This document shows positions 10,939 through 23,501 of a DNA stretch of 64,000 nucleotides, piece after piece; positions within the stretch are counted from its first letter, which is position 1; the number at the start of each line of letters is the position of its first letter. Source of the stretch: Lytechinus pictus (lineage: Eukaryota); contig NC_087245.1 of the NCBI RefSeq assembly GCF_037042905.1, forward strand, positions 34,226,001 through 34,290,000. Reading direction: 5' to 3'. The translations under genes were made by a program, and so were the position numbers. The notes under the pieces were generated by a model. That model was given only the letters and a program-made list of their open reading frames with translations, was not told the DNA's origin and did no database searches.

Positions 10939-13900
10939 TTAAGGATGTAATTGAATGTTCAGTTGCATTGAACCTCCTTGGTTGCATGAGATCGTTCGAT
11001 AATGATGTGAAATTGCTTTTGTTCCACGGGAAAAATAATTCTCGAAGAGCTGGGTAGAATTCCCAATGAAGATTTTTTTTTCTAGTAGACTTAGTTGTAG
11101 AAGCTTCTCTTCAAACCTATGTCCAGATGCATTGTCATTCCAGCCAGACCTGTACAATAAACAAGAAATTGATATTACAATATAGTTTGGTTCTGACTGT
11201 TTGGCATTTAATATATAAAACATGCACCATGTAGATCTAGAATGAAAAAAAAACACGTGATGGAAAATTATCACTTGATAATGATCATCCTGTTTGTTAG
11301 CATTTATATTTATGACCTAGATCTATCAATAGAAAGTATCAAACAAATGTTGTTGCTAGTTTGATTATGATCATTGATGTTAGCCTCAGTATATACATTA
11401 CTTGTCTAAAGTCACTTCTATGTATCTCTAAAATTCACGGCAACTTTACTCAAACCTATGTCTCCACCGCTTTATTAAGTCAAAAGTGCATAGGTATGTG
11501 GTTCTGTAATAAAATGTCAAACCAAAATTACGAAATTTGAATAACAGCAATGTTAATAACGAATGGTTAGATATATACTTACACCTGCAATTGGTTTGTA
11601 TATATACAGAATTTGTCAAAAGAGTTAAAATGAAACAAAACTTACTGCAATAATTCAGACGAACGAGACGATGATCATGTGCATAATTATTAAACATAAT
11701 GGCTCAACGCAAAAACGAATGATCGTAAGAGAGACTCGACGAATGAACGAGTAGCTGAACGAATACTTTTTGAATATATGTATTTTTTTTTTTTTGCTAA
11801 TTGAAAGTATAATGTCGGAAGGCAAAAAGCTGAACGATTATAAACAACGCGCAACCTCAACTTTTTTTTTCAAATCAGGTCGTACTATCAGTCACGTAGA
11901 AATTAAGTCACCTTTGGATGAAACTGCATCAATCTTTTCGAGATTATATCTACCCCAGCAAGTTTAGTCAGGCACCCATTGGGGCCCTAGTTGTATGATT
12001 TTTTTTATACAAAACCTGGAATTAAACGTCGCCTCACAAATGAGCTCGATAAAATTCATATGTTCATTAAAATCATGAATCATATACTTTTCTCCCGGTA
12101 AAAAAAAACTCCTGAAGAACTTTGATCAATTTAAATGACTTTGCTAAGGTTGACAGGGAGATGAAATTATTAAAATTATAATTTTATTTGACTGTCCAAA
12201 AGCCTAATGGCTAGTGCTAAGCAGATATTTTTGTTATTCCATACCCGAAACATAAACATAAAAAATCATATTAATAAAATTGCTCAGTTATGATAACGGT
12301 TTCTAAGTGTGATATACATGTATGAATTATGCTTTATATCTAGAATATAAAAAAAAATTCATAAAAAAAAACATTATTATCGCTATTATAACCACCATCA
12401 TCGCCATGTGGTAAAAAATTTGGGGGATTATTTATTTAATTATGTTTTATCTAGATCTACTAACAGAGAGAAAGTTAGGCCTATATCTATGCCATGTATT
12501 CTGCGACTGTTACCATGTGTGCCTTTGTATGCGCCTATGGCCCATTCCCTTCTATAATCCACGATTCTTTGAGCAACAAACATGGTAGGGTACAGTTTTT
12601 ATTTTCAGTATATAACAAAATATAAAACAGGTTTTCAGTTTTGTCAACATAACAATACTATTCTTCCATGAGGTCATTATTGGTAATGATTTCTAGAGCT
12701 ATTACTGCATGTGCGTGGGACTGTTTTTGTTATAACTGCTGTCGAATAAGAATTACGAGAATGGCACATAAAAAATCTGAGCATATTCAGACGAGATCTA
12801 CATTAAGGAAGAATTGTAATTCAAAACTATTATTGTCCTTGTCCACATATTGACTTTGAATGGGTCTATTGCTTTTTGTCAGAATACCGATCATCTTAAA
12901 CCTAAATATTTATGAACCACCCAATCTTACTCACACTTGACTTTCTATTGAGGATTACCCTGGGGAAAATTCTCCACAGAGTTTACAACTCTGTTATGGG
13001 ACTGTGCACTGAACCATACTATTTTCCTTATGATAATAGTAAAAGTAGAAATTCTAAAAAGGGTGCGCATAATTGAGATGGCATAATCAAATATTATACA
13101 AAATTACTTACTTATAGCACTTAAATCCTCCCGCAGTCAGATGTATAGTGGATCGGGCAGCAAGCTGCCCTATAATCAACCAAACTAAAAACAATAATAA
13201 ATAATCAAATAGACAAAATCAGTGTAATAAATCTCACCTGGTAAACTGTCGTAACGGATACTCGTACTTGGGCAAACGTGATGTCTGTGTCTTTTGGATA
13301 CGAAACCGATTAACGCCCGAATAACCGAATATCATTCATGCTTGCTACGATAATTTCACCAGCCAAATCTTGACATGGGAAAGCATTATTACCCAGGAAA
13401 GGCGCCGGGGTATAGGGGCAAGACGATTTAGAGATGACGTCGGTTTTCTCCTCAGTTAAATAATAGTGTTCTATTGGAGTTAAATGACCCAACATGTTCC
13501 TTTAATTGTTTTTCTTTTATTAATCATTTTCTATTTTCTCCTCTTGTAATTTTCATTAAATTCCTTAAAAAAAACATCACCGGAGGCCACGCCCCCGTCC
13601 CCTTCCTGCGGCACCGCCCCTGTAAGAAAGTACGCCGAATCCAAGCTAACAAACAATGTAACGAGATTTGTCGGGGAAAAGCCTTACCACCTTTTTCTTT
13701 TCAAAAAAGTTGTAAAGCTTTCGGCACATAAACATAAAAAATTATTCAAATGAATTCGATTACCCGTAGGTGACAACACAGCAATCTTCTTGATATGACA
13801 CTACAACACTTAAAGGATATCGGCTAAGATCAAGCTTCGGTCAGGCTCCTATGGGGGACCCTATCATTTTGCCTAATTAACTTACTCTACAAAACCTGGC

Positions 13901-14550
13901 ACTAAAACCTAACCGTAACCTATATCCATAAAATGTCAAAGTTTCATTAAAATCAGTAAGTGATATTGCCGTATTGTTCTAGGGGTAAAATGGACTCACT
14001 CATACAGCAGCGTTGGACAGCATGGCACCTGTTCTCTCTCTCTCTCTCTGTCTGACATCGTCATGCATCCACAGGACCAAACAAAAATTTCCCTTTGGAT
14101 CCAGTGATAAAATATTTTTCCGTGGTGTCTCTGTTCGCTGATGTTCACATTATCAAATTCAAATGATAAATCAAGGGAGAACAACCGTCCAGAGACCCAT
14201 CAACAAACCTCCCGTGAGATTCGGATTAGTCTCGGCGATGCTCTGCCTTGGGAATGGTGTTTATCCAGTGCGCACACGAAAAATAGAGATCTGTCCCAAA
14301 AGAATATTGTTAACTGATTCTGCATCTGGAGTCCTTCCTAATAATATTCAACCGTATGAATATTAGGAAAGTATCGCCAAAGAATGGTACCTAATGGTGT
14401 TTTTCTCCGTGTCCATAATCTAATGGATATCAAGCATTTTGGTCAGAACTCGGCAGGTCTTGTTTATATTTCTCAATTATATTATTGGAGGAGGCGTGAC
14501 ATTGTCCATGGATGTAGTGAGGTCGACGATGAATGAACTAGAACACAAAC
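10939..14550 (-). pseudogene. Multi-exon pseudogene copy 2
   Basis: Paralog of copy 1 with the same exons and the same TAA (13310-13312). One acceptor is mutated (cag to ctg near 13361). Confidence 0.6.
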
Positions 14551-15784
14551 TTCTACGGGAATCGAGTCTTAAAAGTTGAAACATACTTTTCACTCCATGT
14601 CCATATTTCGAAACAGGTTCCAGATAACTTGAGGACTCCGAATTCCGTGAAAACTGTGAAATTTAAAGAAAACACACACAAAAATTATTGTAAATACCAA
14701 TGATGATTACGAATACCGACAATAAGAAGAGAACAAAATAATGACAATCGTTATATTGGAAGACACACATAAAAAATTCACTGCATATGAAACTTGTACA
14801 TATGTTGCTAATATTTGTTAATAAAGTCAGAATGAAACGAATTCTACTTCTGCGAGATTTATTGACACGATTGAATAATTTAAATAATACTTAACACAGG
14901 TTCTCAGAAGAATATCAGTTAACACTGATCAAGATCTAAACTACAAGCTTAAGGCAAGTCTTCAGACAAATTTGGAGAAGGAAGACAACTTTTCCTCACA
15001 TTAGTCAAGCAAACATATTACAAAACAAAGTAATTCTATATGTTTTAATAAAGCACTACCAAACTTTTGAACTAAATCACCTTGAAAGTTTTGGCACGTT
15101 GACACAAAATTGTTCCGAGGGCCGCACTTCCAGAACCCGACAATCCTAGACCTGTATTCACATTTTCTATTAACAATGTTTTCTTACTGGACATTCTGTC
15201 TTTTATCAGCCACTCTGCTTTTGAGAATGAAAGAACAGAAATACAAACATCATGTTTAATGGCAGGGTACATTGGAATACTATCTATAGAAGCTGTAACT
15301 TCTAGTTAATAACTTCTAGTTAGGAAGAATAGAAGAAGGATTAAGGAATATTATAACATGCAAAGAGAGTAATGCCAATGGAAGACTGCCAATAAATGCT
15401 GAAGTAGCTATCAACTAAATCAAGTTATTGATATGTTAATCGTATAAAGACAATGTTAACAAAGGCGCTGGAAAACCTCCATCAAAAGATGAACTGGCTA
15501 TTCTGGGCAAATAAATAAAAGTTATTATTAAGAGTAAAATCATATATATCATATGAGCAGGAAAGTTGAAAAACCGCCAATAATCGCTGAATTAGTTACC
15601 CTTGGTGAAAAACGCATAGAGCTTGAAAAGAGAATAAAGATCGTCAGATATACAAGTTACGAAAATTGTATGCCAATGTAAAAAAAATAATAATTTAATC
15701 ATATATGATTTAAAAGTAAATTTTAAACTGTACTTTCCCATTCTGTTCAGCCGCTTTGCATTTCGAGAATGGAAGAAAAAAATA

Positions 15785-16210
15785 CAGGGTTTTCAGCTTT
15801 TCAAGAAAACGAAATTCCCTGATTTTCCTGATTTTTCCCTGATGAATTTTAAAAATTCCCTGATAATTGTTTAAACACATTCCCAGTTTCACATGTTTTG
15901 TAAGTTGTTGGAGTGAATAACATGTATTTTCAGCAACAAATTTTGTACTGCAGTCAAAGAGGCTACACTAAAAACCACCATAACTCGTCATTCAGTGGAT
16001 GCTGTTTGGATATGCAACAAAATATAACAGAGTCTGACTGACTACCGTGCTTTCGACATTTGGGCCAATAAAATTTCCCTGATTTCCCCTTATTTGAGGC
16101 ATTTCCCCCTGATTTGAGGTATTCTATTTTTATCGAATTCCCTGATTTTTCCCTGACTGGGAAAAAGTAAAATAATTTTCTCTGATTTCACTGATGGGCT
16201 TGGAACCCTG
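15785..16210. mobile_element. Non-autonomous DNA transposon, unit 2 copy
   Basis: ta|cagggtt ... aaccctg|ta inverted termini with TA flanks. Confidence 0.65.
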
Positions 16211-16670
16211 TAGTAAAATGCAATAAATGGCCGCTAGAAAAACCGCTCCTAAAAGCCGAAGTTTATACACAAGGAAAAGCGTCTTTATTAAAGGTTATCC
16301 CAAACAAATTAACAAGGCCTATAGATTCCAATAAAAGGGAAATGGCTAACCTACGAAAAGTTAAAGTGTTACCAAGATCAATAGCAGACCATTAACATCA
16401 GCTGAAGTGACTTCTCTCGGTTAAAAAAAATATTAATTTTCATAATTGATATAAAGCAAGTCGGGAAAGAAAAAAAATGAGTAGTTACGAAAAAAATAAA
16501 TACACTTGAATTACATTATTAATCAGGAAATTCCAATGAGTAAATATATTGAACTTTTGTTTTTGCATCAGCCGTTCTGCTTCAGAGAATGAGAGAAAAA
16601 ATAAATTTACCATATTAATAGGGCAGGGAAGAATGGGATGTTGGGAAGATGTTGTGGTAATGATAGCAGG

Positions 16671-18163
16671 CAGTGGCGTAACTACGGGGGGGCATGGGGG
16701 GGCACGTGCCCCCCCCCCCCCCAATCGGCTGGCAAAAAAAAAAAAAAAAAAAAAAACGGGGAAAAGGAGAAAAAGAGGGAAAAGGAAGAGAAACGTAGTG
16801 GGGAAAGAAGAAATTGTTGTTCATTATAGTGTTATATTATATTATGTTATATAACATAAGAAGCATTTTTTCATAACTTTATGAAACATTATTTGCTTAA
16901 TTGTGTCTTCATTGTTCCTGGTGCTCGCATAGACTGTTTAACGAGATATATAAACCTGCTGTACTAAAGCCTCCCGTTTTCAAATCAATATACAACAAAA
17001 TAATATATTTCCTCGCAATTAGAGTTATTGTTTTAAGTAGTGACACATTCTTCTTTTTTGTGACTAATGAAAGTGATTGCCCTATTTTAAGGTCTTAATA
17101 TAAAACATTTCATGTCCGTGCTAACGTTCGCATTAGTGGATTGGTGAGATTTCTGCTCTTCGTGAACTCCTAAAATCAGTCCTTAAAAATGTCATTTTTC
17201 TGATCTAAATATCAAAAAATCATTTGGTTAGTGAAATACGTAGGGTCTAAGTGAATTCCTACAAACAAGCCTTAGAATGCCCCTCTTCAGATCTGAATTT
17301 CCTAGATTTTCAGCTCGCGCTTCGCGCTCGCAGTATTTGATTAATGAGATGCGTATGATAATCATGAATATAATGACTTCAAAAAGTGCTTCATGTGTTT
17401 ATATGTAATTCTAACAAAATCAGCAAGCGCTTGGCACTCGCATTAGATGACTATGGTGAGATATGTATACTCTGACTTAATGGATTCCTAACTATAGTCC
17501 TTAAAATATCCATGTTTGGGGTCAATATATACAAAAATTTCAGCTCGCGCTTCGCGCTCGCATCATTTGGTTAGTCAAATACGTAGGGTTTTAGAGAATT
17601 CCTACAAACAAGCCTTAGAATGCCCCTCTTCAGGTCTAAATTTCCTGAATTTTCAGCTCGCGCTTTTGCGCTTGCAGTATTTGATTAGTAAGATGCGTAT
17701 GATAATCATGACTACAAAAGGTGCTTCATGACTGTGTTTAGATGTAATTCTAACAAAATCAGCAAAGGATGGCACTAGCATTAGATGACTATGGTGAGAT
17801 AATTATACTCTTAATGGATTCTAAAATATAATCCTTAAAATTTCCTTGTTTAGGGTCAATATATACAAAAATTTTAGCTCGCGCTTCGCGCTCGCATTGT
17901 TTGTTTAGCGAGACAGTTAAGTATCATGATTACAAATAATTTGCTTATAATGTCCATTTTCAGCTCTGAATATCATAAATTTTCAGCTCGCGCTCGCATT
18001 ATTTAATCAGTGAGATACATATCCGTTTAATGGCACTGCATGTCCTTAAAATATCTCTATTAGGTCAGTATACCTGACAACTGAGCGCGCTTCGCGCGCT
18101 CCCTAAGTGACCCGAAATGTTTGCTGGTGCCCCCCCAATGCCGTGACCCACGGTACGCCACTG
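16671..18163. mobile_element. hAT-like non-autonomous element with 8-bp TSD
   Basis: TIR cagtggcgta...tacgccactg. TSD atagcagg at 16663-16670 and 18164-18171. Empty site in unit 1 at 5178-5185. Internal cagctcgcgcttcgcgctcgc repeats. Confidence 0.92.
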
Positions 18164-18762
18164 ATAGCAGGGTCGCTGAAAAACGGACTTGTCTAACCTG
18201 GAAAATGACAGTTATTATAAATATTCATGTAAAAAAAGTATCAAGCCTGAAATGAGAAGACAGTAAAGATCAAAAGTTATAAGTAATGTAGAGGACGGCC
18301 AATATCAGCTGAAGTGGTTTTCCTTGGTGAAAAATAGAAGAACTATTGTTCATATTATAAACAAAATGTAGCCAGACAGAAAAAAAAATACTAGAAGTTC
18401 TGAAAAGAGGAAATACAATCGTTTATATAATCATTTAATTGTAGAATTGAATAAGTATTTATTGGATTTTTGTTTTTGTATCATTTGCTCTGCTTCCGAG
18501 AGAGAAAAAAAAAACATATCCGGGCATAGGGCGCGGTAAAGAGGTATTCGTGAGGCTTTAAAAAATAATTGCCAATGTACGCAGGGTCGATAGAAGACTG
18601 CCAACATCACCTGAAGAGGTAAAAGGATAATCATTTTAACATTATAATTAAAATGCATCAGCCGCTGGAAGAACGCAAAAAACCAAACGAGTGGCTATTT
18701 TCAGTAAATACGAGCTATCAATAATATATAACAACATCATATTTACGACATAATTATATCAA

Positions 18763-18938
18763 AATAATATAATAATAATAATATAGGGTATTTATATTGC
18801 GCACATATCCACCTTGTTAGGTGATCAAGGCGCTCCTATATTACCCGGCTAAGCTAGGCGTTCATAGCGCACACAGCTTTTTAAGGAATTACTTCCTACC
18901 GGTACCCATTTACCTCACCTGGGTTGAGTGCAGCACAC
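18763..18938 (-). mobile_element. 5'-truncated SINE (3' part with (ATT)n tail), unit 2 specific
   Basis: Shares the ggtacccatt(t/c)acctcacc core with the SINE at 43064-43335. Absent at the matching site in unit 1 (about 5768). Flanked by tcaa on both sides. Confidence 0.75.
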
Positions 18939-19759
18939 TCAATGGGTCCACTTGAAGCTGTTTGCCTGTTTGGGTATGAACGTAATATAATGTAGAATCA
19001 TTATCAATTGGTATCATGATATATTCTTTATTGAACAAGTACCACCCTCGAAGGAGACTGCCAATAAATGCTGATACGAAGTGGCTAATCTGAGTAGATA
19101 AGAATGATCATTATCAACATTGTCTTTAATCTTATCCAGCCTTCAAAGAAAAAATACACCACATAGATTTATTGATTAAGCCCTTGAAATAATATTCAAC
19201 AGTCGTGTCTGTACGCCATTGTTCTCTCCGGGTCATCGTTCAGTAATTGCTTTGTCACAAGATCGCTCCTGGATACATGGAATGAAAAAGAAATATCGCT
19301 AAGCTGTCATTAAATAACGAGGAGAAAATTATAATTTCCAATTTTGTTTCGATTTGCTCGATAATTACTATGGCAAAAGATATGACGTTTTATTTATTTC
19401 TTTTTCGTAATAATGGGGGTAAATTTAGATAATAATCATATCATATCAATGATAGTGATCAGACGTTTCATTCAATTTTCAATTCTCGGCATAAATTCAA
19501 GTATAATTGTAACTTGTATTGATATTATTTTTCATCGTGCGTAGTTGATACTGATAGATTTAATTAGGTACTTCACACAATGAGGTCAAAATGGCAGCAT
19601 GGCTTTTAATTGTAAAAAAAGACGAGATGATATATCATTCCAAATGATCTGGTATTACTTACCTTAATATAGACGGAGGGTGAAATAATCAACACAAGCA
19701 TCAAAACTTATTGACCGTGAGACGTTGAGTATCAATGATCATGGTAAAAACAAGTTTAA

Positions 19760-22700
19760 TTGTTCTCTGATTAAAGGGTATTGGAGCTAGTGGTAGATAG
19801 AAGGAGAGACTGCTATCCGATGAAAGGTTGACGAAGCTATTGCTAAATAGTGGTAAAAGGAGGGAGACTAGTTGCTCTCTGATAAGAGTGACAAACCAGT
19901 GGTAGAAGGAAGAAGGCTATCTGATGAAAGAGTGACGAAGCTAGTGGTAGACGAAAGGGAATTAGTTGCTCTCTAAACAAAGGGTGACGAAGCTAGTGGT
20001 AGAAGGACATTATTAGTATATGATAAAAGGGTGACGAAGCTAGTTGTATAAGGAAGGACATTGTCGGATGAAAGGATGACGATGCTAGTGGTAGATGGAA
20101 GGATACTAGTTGCTCTCTGATGAAAGGGTGACGAAGGTTGCGTTCTGATGAAAGGGTTACAAAGAGGAAGGACATTATCTCATGAGAGTGTGACGAAACT
20201 AGTGATAGAATGAAGGACACTTTTTGATGAAAGGGTGACGAAGCTAGTGGTAGGTGGAAGGAGACTAGTTGTCCTCTGATGAATGGGTGGTGAAGATAGT
20301 GGTAGATGGAAAGAGACTAGTTGCTCTCTGGTGAAAGTGTGACGAAGCTAGAGGTAGATGGATGGAGACTAGTTGCTCTCTGATAAAAGGGTGTTGAGGT
20401 TATTGGTAGATGGAAGGAAACTAATTGCTCTCTAATGAAATGGTGATGAACCTAGGCATAGACGGAAGAACACTTGTAATTGATATCGGACGGAAGGATT
20501 AAGCAGCTAGTGGTAGATGTAGGAAACTAGTTGCTCTCTAATGGAAGGGTGACGAAGCTAGTGGAAGATGAGAGGAAACTAGTTCCTCTCTTATGAACAA
20601 GTGACAATGCTAGTGGTAGAAGAAAGGAGACTATCTGATGAAATGGTGTCGAAGCTATTGGAAGATGGAAGGAAACTAGTTACTCTCTAATGAAAGAATT
20701 ACAAAGCTAGTGTTAGAAGGAGGCAATTTGATGGATGAAAGGGTGACAAGCTAGTGGTCGATACAAGGAACCTAGTTGCTATCTGATGAAAGGGTGACGA
20801 AGCTTGTGGTTAATGGAAGGAGACTAGTTGTTCTCTAATGAAAGGGTGACAAAGTTAGTGGTAGATGGAGAACGACTGGTTGCTCTTTAAAAAAATGATT
20901 ACGAAATTAGTAGAAGATGGATGGAGACTAGTTGCTCGCTGATGAAAGGTTGACAACGCTAGTGGAAGATGGAAGGAGACTAGTTGCTCTTTGATAAAAG
21001 GGTGTTAAGGTTAGTGGTAGAAGAAGGGAAACTAATTTCTCTTTGATGGGAGGGTGATGAAGCTAGTGGTAGTGGAAGGAGACTAATTGCTCTCTAATGA
21101 AACGGTGGCGAAGTCAGTAGGAGATGAGGGGGACTAGTTGCTCTCTGGTGGAAGGGTGATGAACCTAGGCATAGACGGAAGAACACTAGTAATTGTTATC
21201 GGAAGGAATGATAAAGCAGCTTGTAGTAGATGGGAGGAGACTAGTTGCTCTCTAATGAAAGGGTGACGAAGCTAATGATAGATAGGGTAAACTGCTGTCT
21301 GATGAAAGGGGGACAGGAAGCTAGTAGTAGATGGGAGGAGACTAATCGCTCTCTGATGGAAGGGTGACGGAGCTAGTGACAGATGGAGGAGAATAGTTGC
21401 TCTCAGAGAACGGGTGACGAAGCTAGTGGAAGATAGGAGACTAGTTGCTTTCTGGTGAAAGGGTTACGAAGCTAGTGTTAGATGAGGGAGACTAGTTGCT
21501 CTCTGATGAAAGGGTGACGAAGCTAATGATAGATGGGAGGAGACTAGTTGCTCTCTGATGGAAGGGACACGAAGCTAGTAGTAGATGGGAGGAGACTAGT
21601 GGTTCTCTAATAAAAGGGTGATGAAGCTAGTGGCAGATTGAAGAACACTTTTTGCTCTCTAATGAACGGGTGACGAAGCTAGTGTTAGATGAGGGAGACT
21701 AGTTGCTCTCTGATGAAAGGGTGACGAAGCTAGTGGCAGATGGAAGGAGAGTAGTTGCTCTCTGATGAAGGGGTGACGAAGCTAGTGGAAGATGGAAGGA
21801 GAGTAGTTGCTCTCTGGTGAAAAGGTGACGGAGCTAGTGGTAGATGAAGGAGAGTAGTTGCTCTCTGGTGATAGGGTGACGAAGCTAGTGGCAGAAGGAA
21901 GGAGTATATCTGATGAACGGGTGACGAAGCTAGTAATAGATGAAGGAAACTAGTTGCTCTCTAGTAAAAGGGTGGCGAAGCTAGTGGCAGATTGAAGATC
22001 ACTTGTTGCTCTCTAATGAAAAGGTAGACGAGGCTCTTGGTGAAAGGAAAGAGACTAGTTGCACTCTGATGAAAGGGTGACGAAGCTAGTGGAAGATGGA
22101 AGGAGACTAGTTGTTCTCTAATGAAAGGGTGACGAAGCTAGTGTTAGATGAGGGAGACTAGTTGCTCTCTGATGAAAGGATGACGAAGCTAGTGGCAGAT
22201 GGGAGGAGAGTAATTGCTCTCTGATGAAAGGGTGACGAAGCTAGTGGAAGATGGAAGGAGAGTAGTTGCTCTCTGGTGAAAAGGTGACGGAGCTAGTGGT
22301 AGATGAAGGAGAGTAGTTGCTCTCTGGTGGAAGGGTGACGAAGCTAGTGGCAGAAGGAAGGAGGATATCTGATGAAAGGGTGACGAAGCTGGTGGTTGAT
22401 GAAAAGAGACTAGTTGCTCTCTGATGAAAGGGTGACGAAGCTAGTGGTAGATGGAAGAGACTAGTTGCTCTCCGATGAAAAGGTGACGAAGCTGGTGGTT
22501 GATGAAGAGACTAGTTGCTCTCTAATGAACGGGTGACGAAGCTATTGGTAGAAAGAATGAGGCTATCTTATTGAAAGGGTGACGAAGCTAGTCGTATATG
22601 GAAGAGACTAGTTGCTCTCCGATGAAAAGGTGACGAAGTTTGTGGAAGATGGAAGGAGGCTATCTGATGAAAGGGTGACAAAGGTAGTGGAAGATAGGAG

Positions 22701-23285
22701 ACTAGTTGCTCTCTAATGGAAGGTGACGGCTCTCTGATAGGATGGTGACGAAGTTATTGGTAGATGAATGAAACTGGTTGCTCTCTGGTGAAAGGGTAAC
22801 GAAGCTAGTGGAAGATGGAAGGAGACTAGTTGCTCTCTGATTAAAGGGTAACAAAGCAAGTGGTAGATGAAGGAAACTAGTTGCTCTCTGGTGAAAGGGT
22901 GACGAAGCTAGTGGCAGATTGAAGAACAGTTGTTGCTCTCTAATAAAAGGGTGGCGAGGCTCTTGGTGAAATGAAAGAGACTAGTTGCGCTCTGATGAAA
23001 GGGTGACGGAGCTAGTAGAAGATGGAATGAGACTGGTTGCTCTCTGATGAACAGGTGACGAAGCTAGTGGTAGATGGAAGGAGACTAGTTGCTCTCCGAT
23101 GAAAGGGTGACGAAGCTAGTGGTAGATAACAACTAGTTGCTCTTTCAAGAAAGAATTACGAAATTGGTAGAACATGGGAGGAGACTGATTGCCCTCTAAT
23201 GAAAGGGTGACGAAGCTAGCAGTAGATGGAAGGAGACAAGTTGATCTTTGATAGATGGGTGACGAAGCTAGTGGTAGGTGGAAGG
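19760..23285. repeat. ~52-bp tandem satellite, array 2
   Basis: Same consensus and same flanks as array 1; about 3.5 kb. Confidence 0.97.
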
Positions 23286-23501
23286 GGGCTTTATCGCAGA
23301 AAATCTGTGAAATGGAATACATATTATACATCCTTGCTCTCAAAGAATCTAACATTACAAGTAAAACTCTAGGAATATTATTTTTGCAGTCCGGTAGATA
23401 GTCCGCTGCTAGATATCAATATACAGTAGTAAACCCCACAACCAACCATACCCTACCAGAATACTATACAACTTGCTTAATATATTTAATTTTATTCTTC
23501 A

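Larger units (their letters stand above)
1..11056. repeat. Tandem segmental duplication, unit 1 (register set by the window edge)
   Basis: Sequence at position 1 (gaatttccaatgaagatttt) recurs at 11057 and 23620, with collinear high identity. Several small ORFs in the track recur in two or three copies. Confidence 0.95.
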
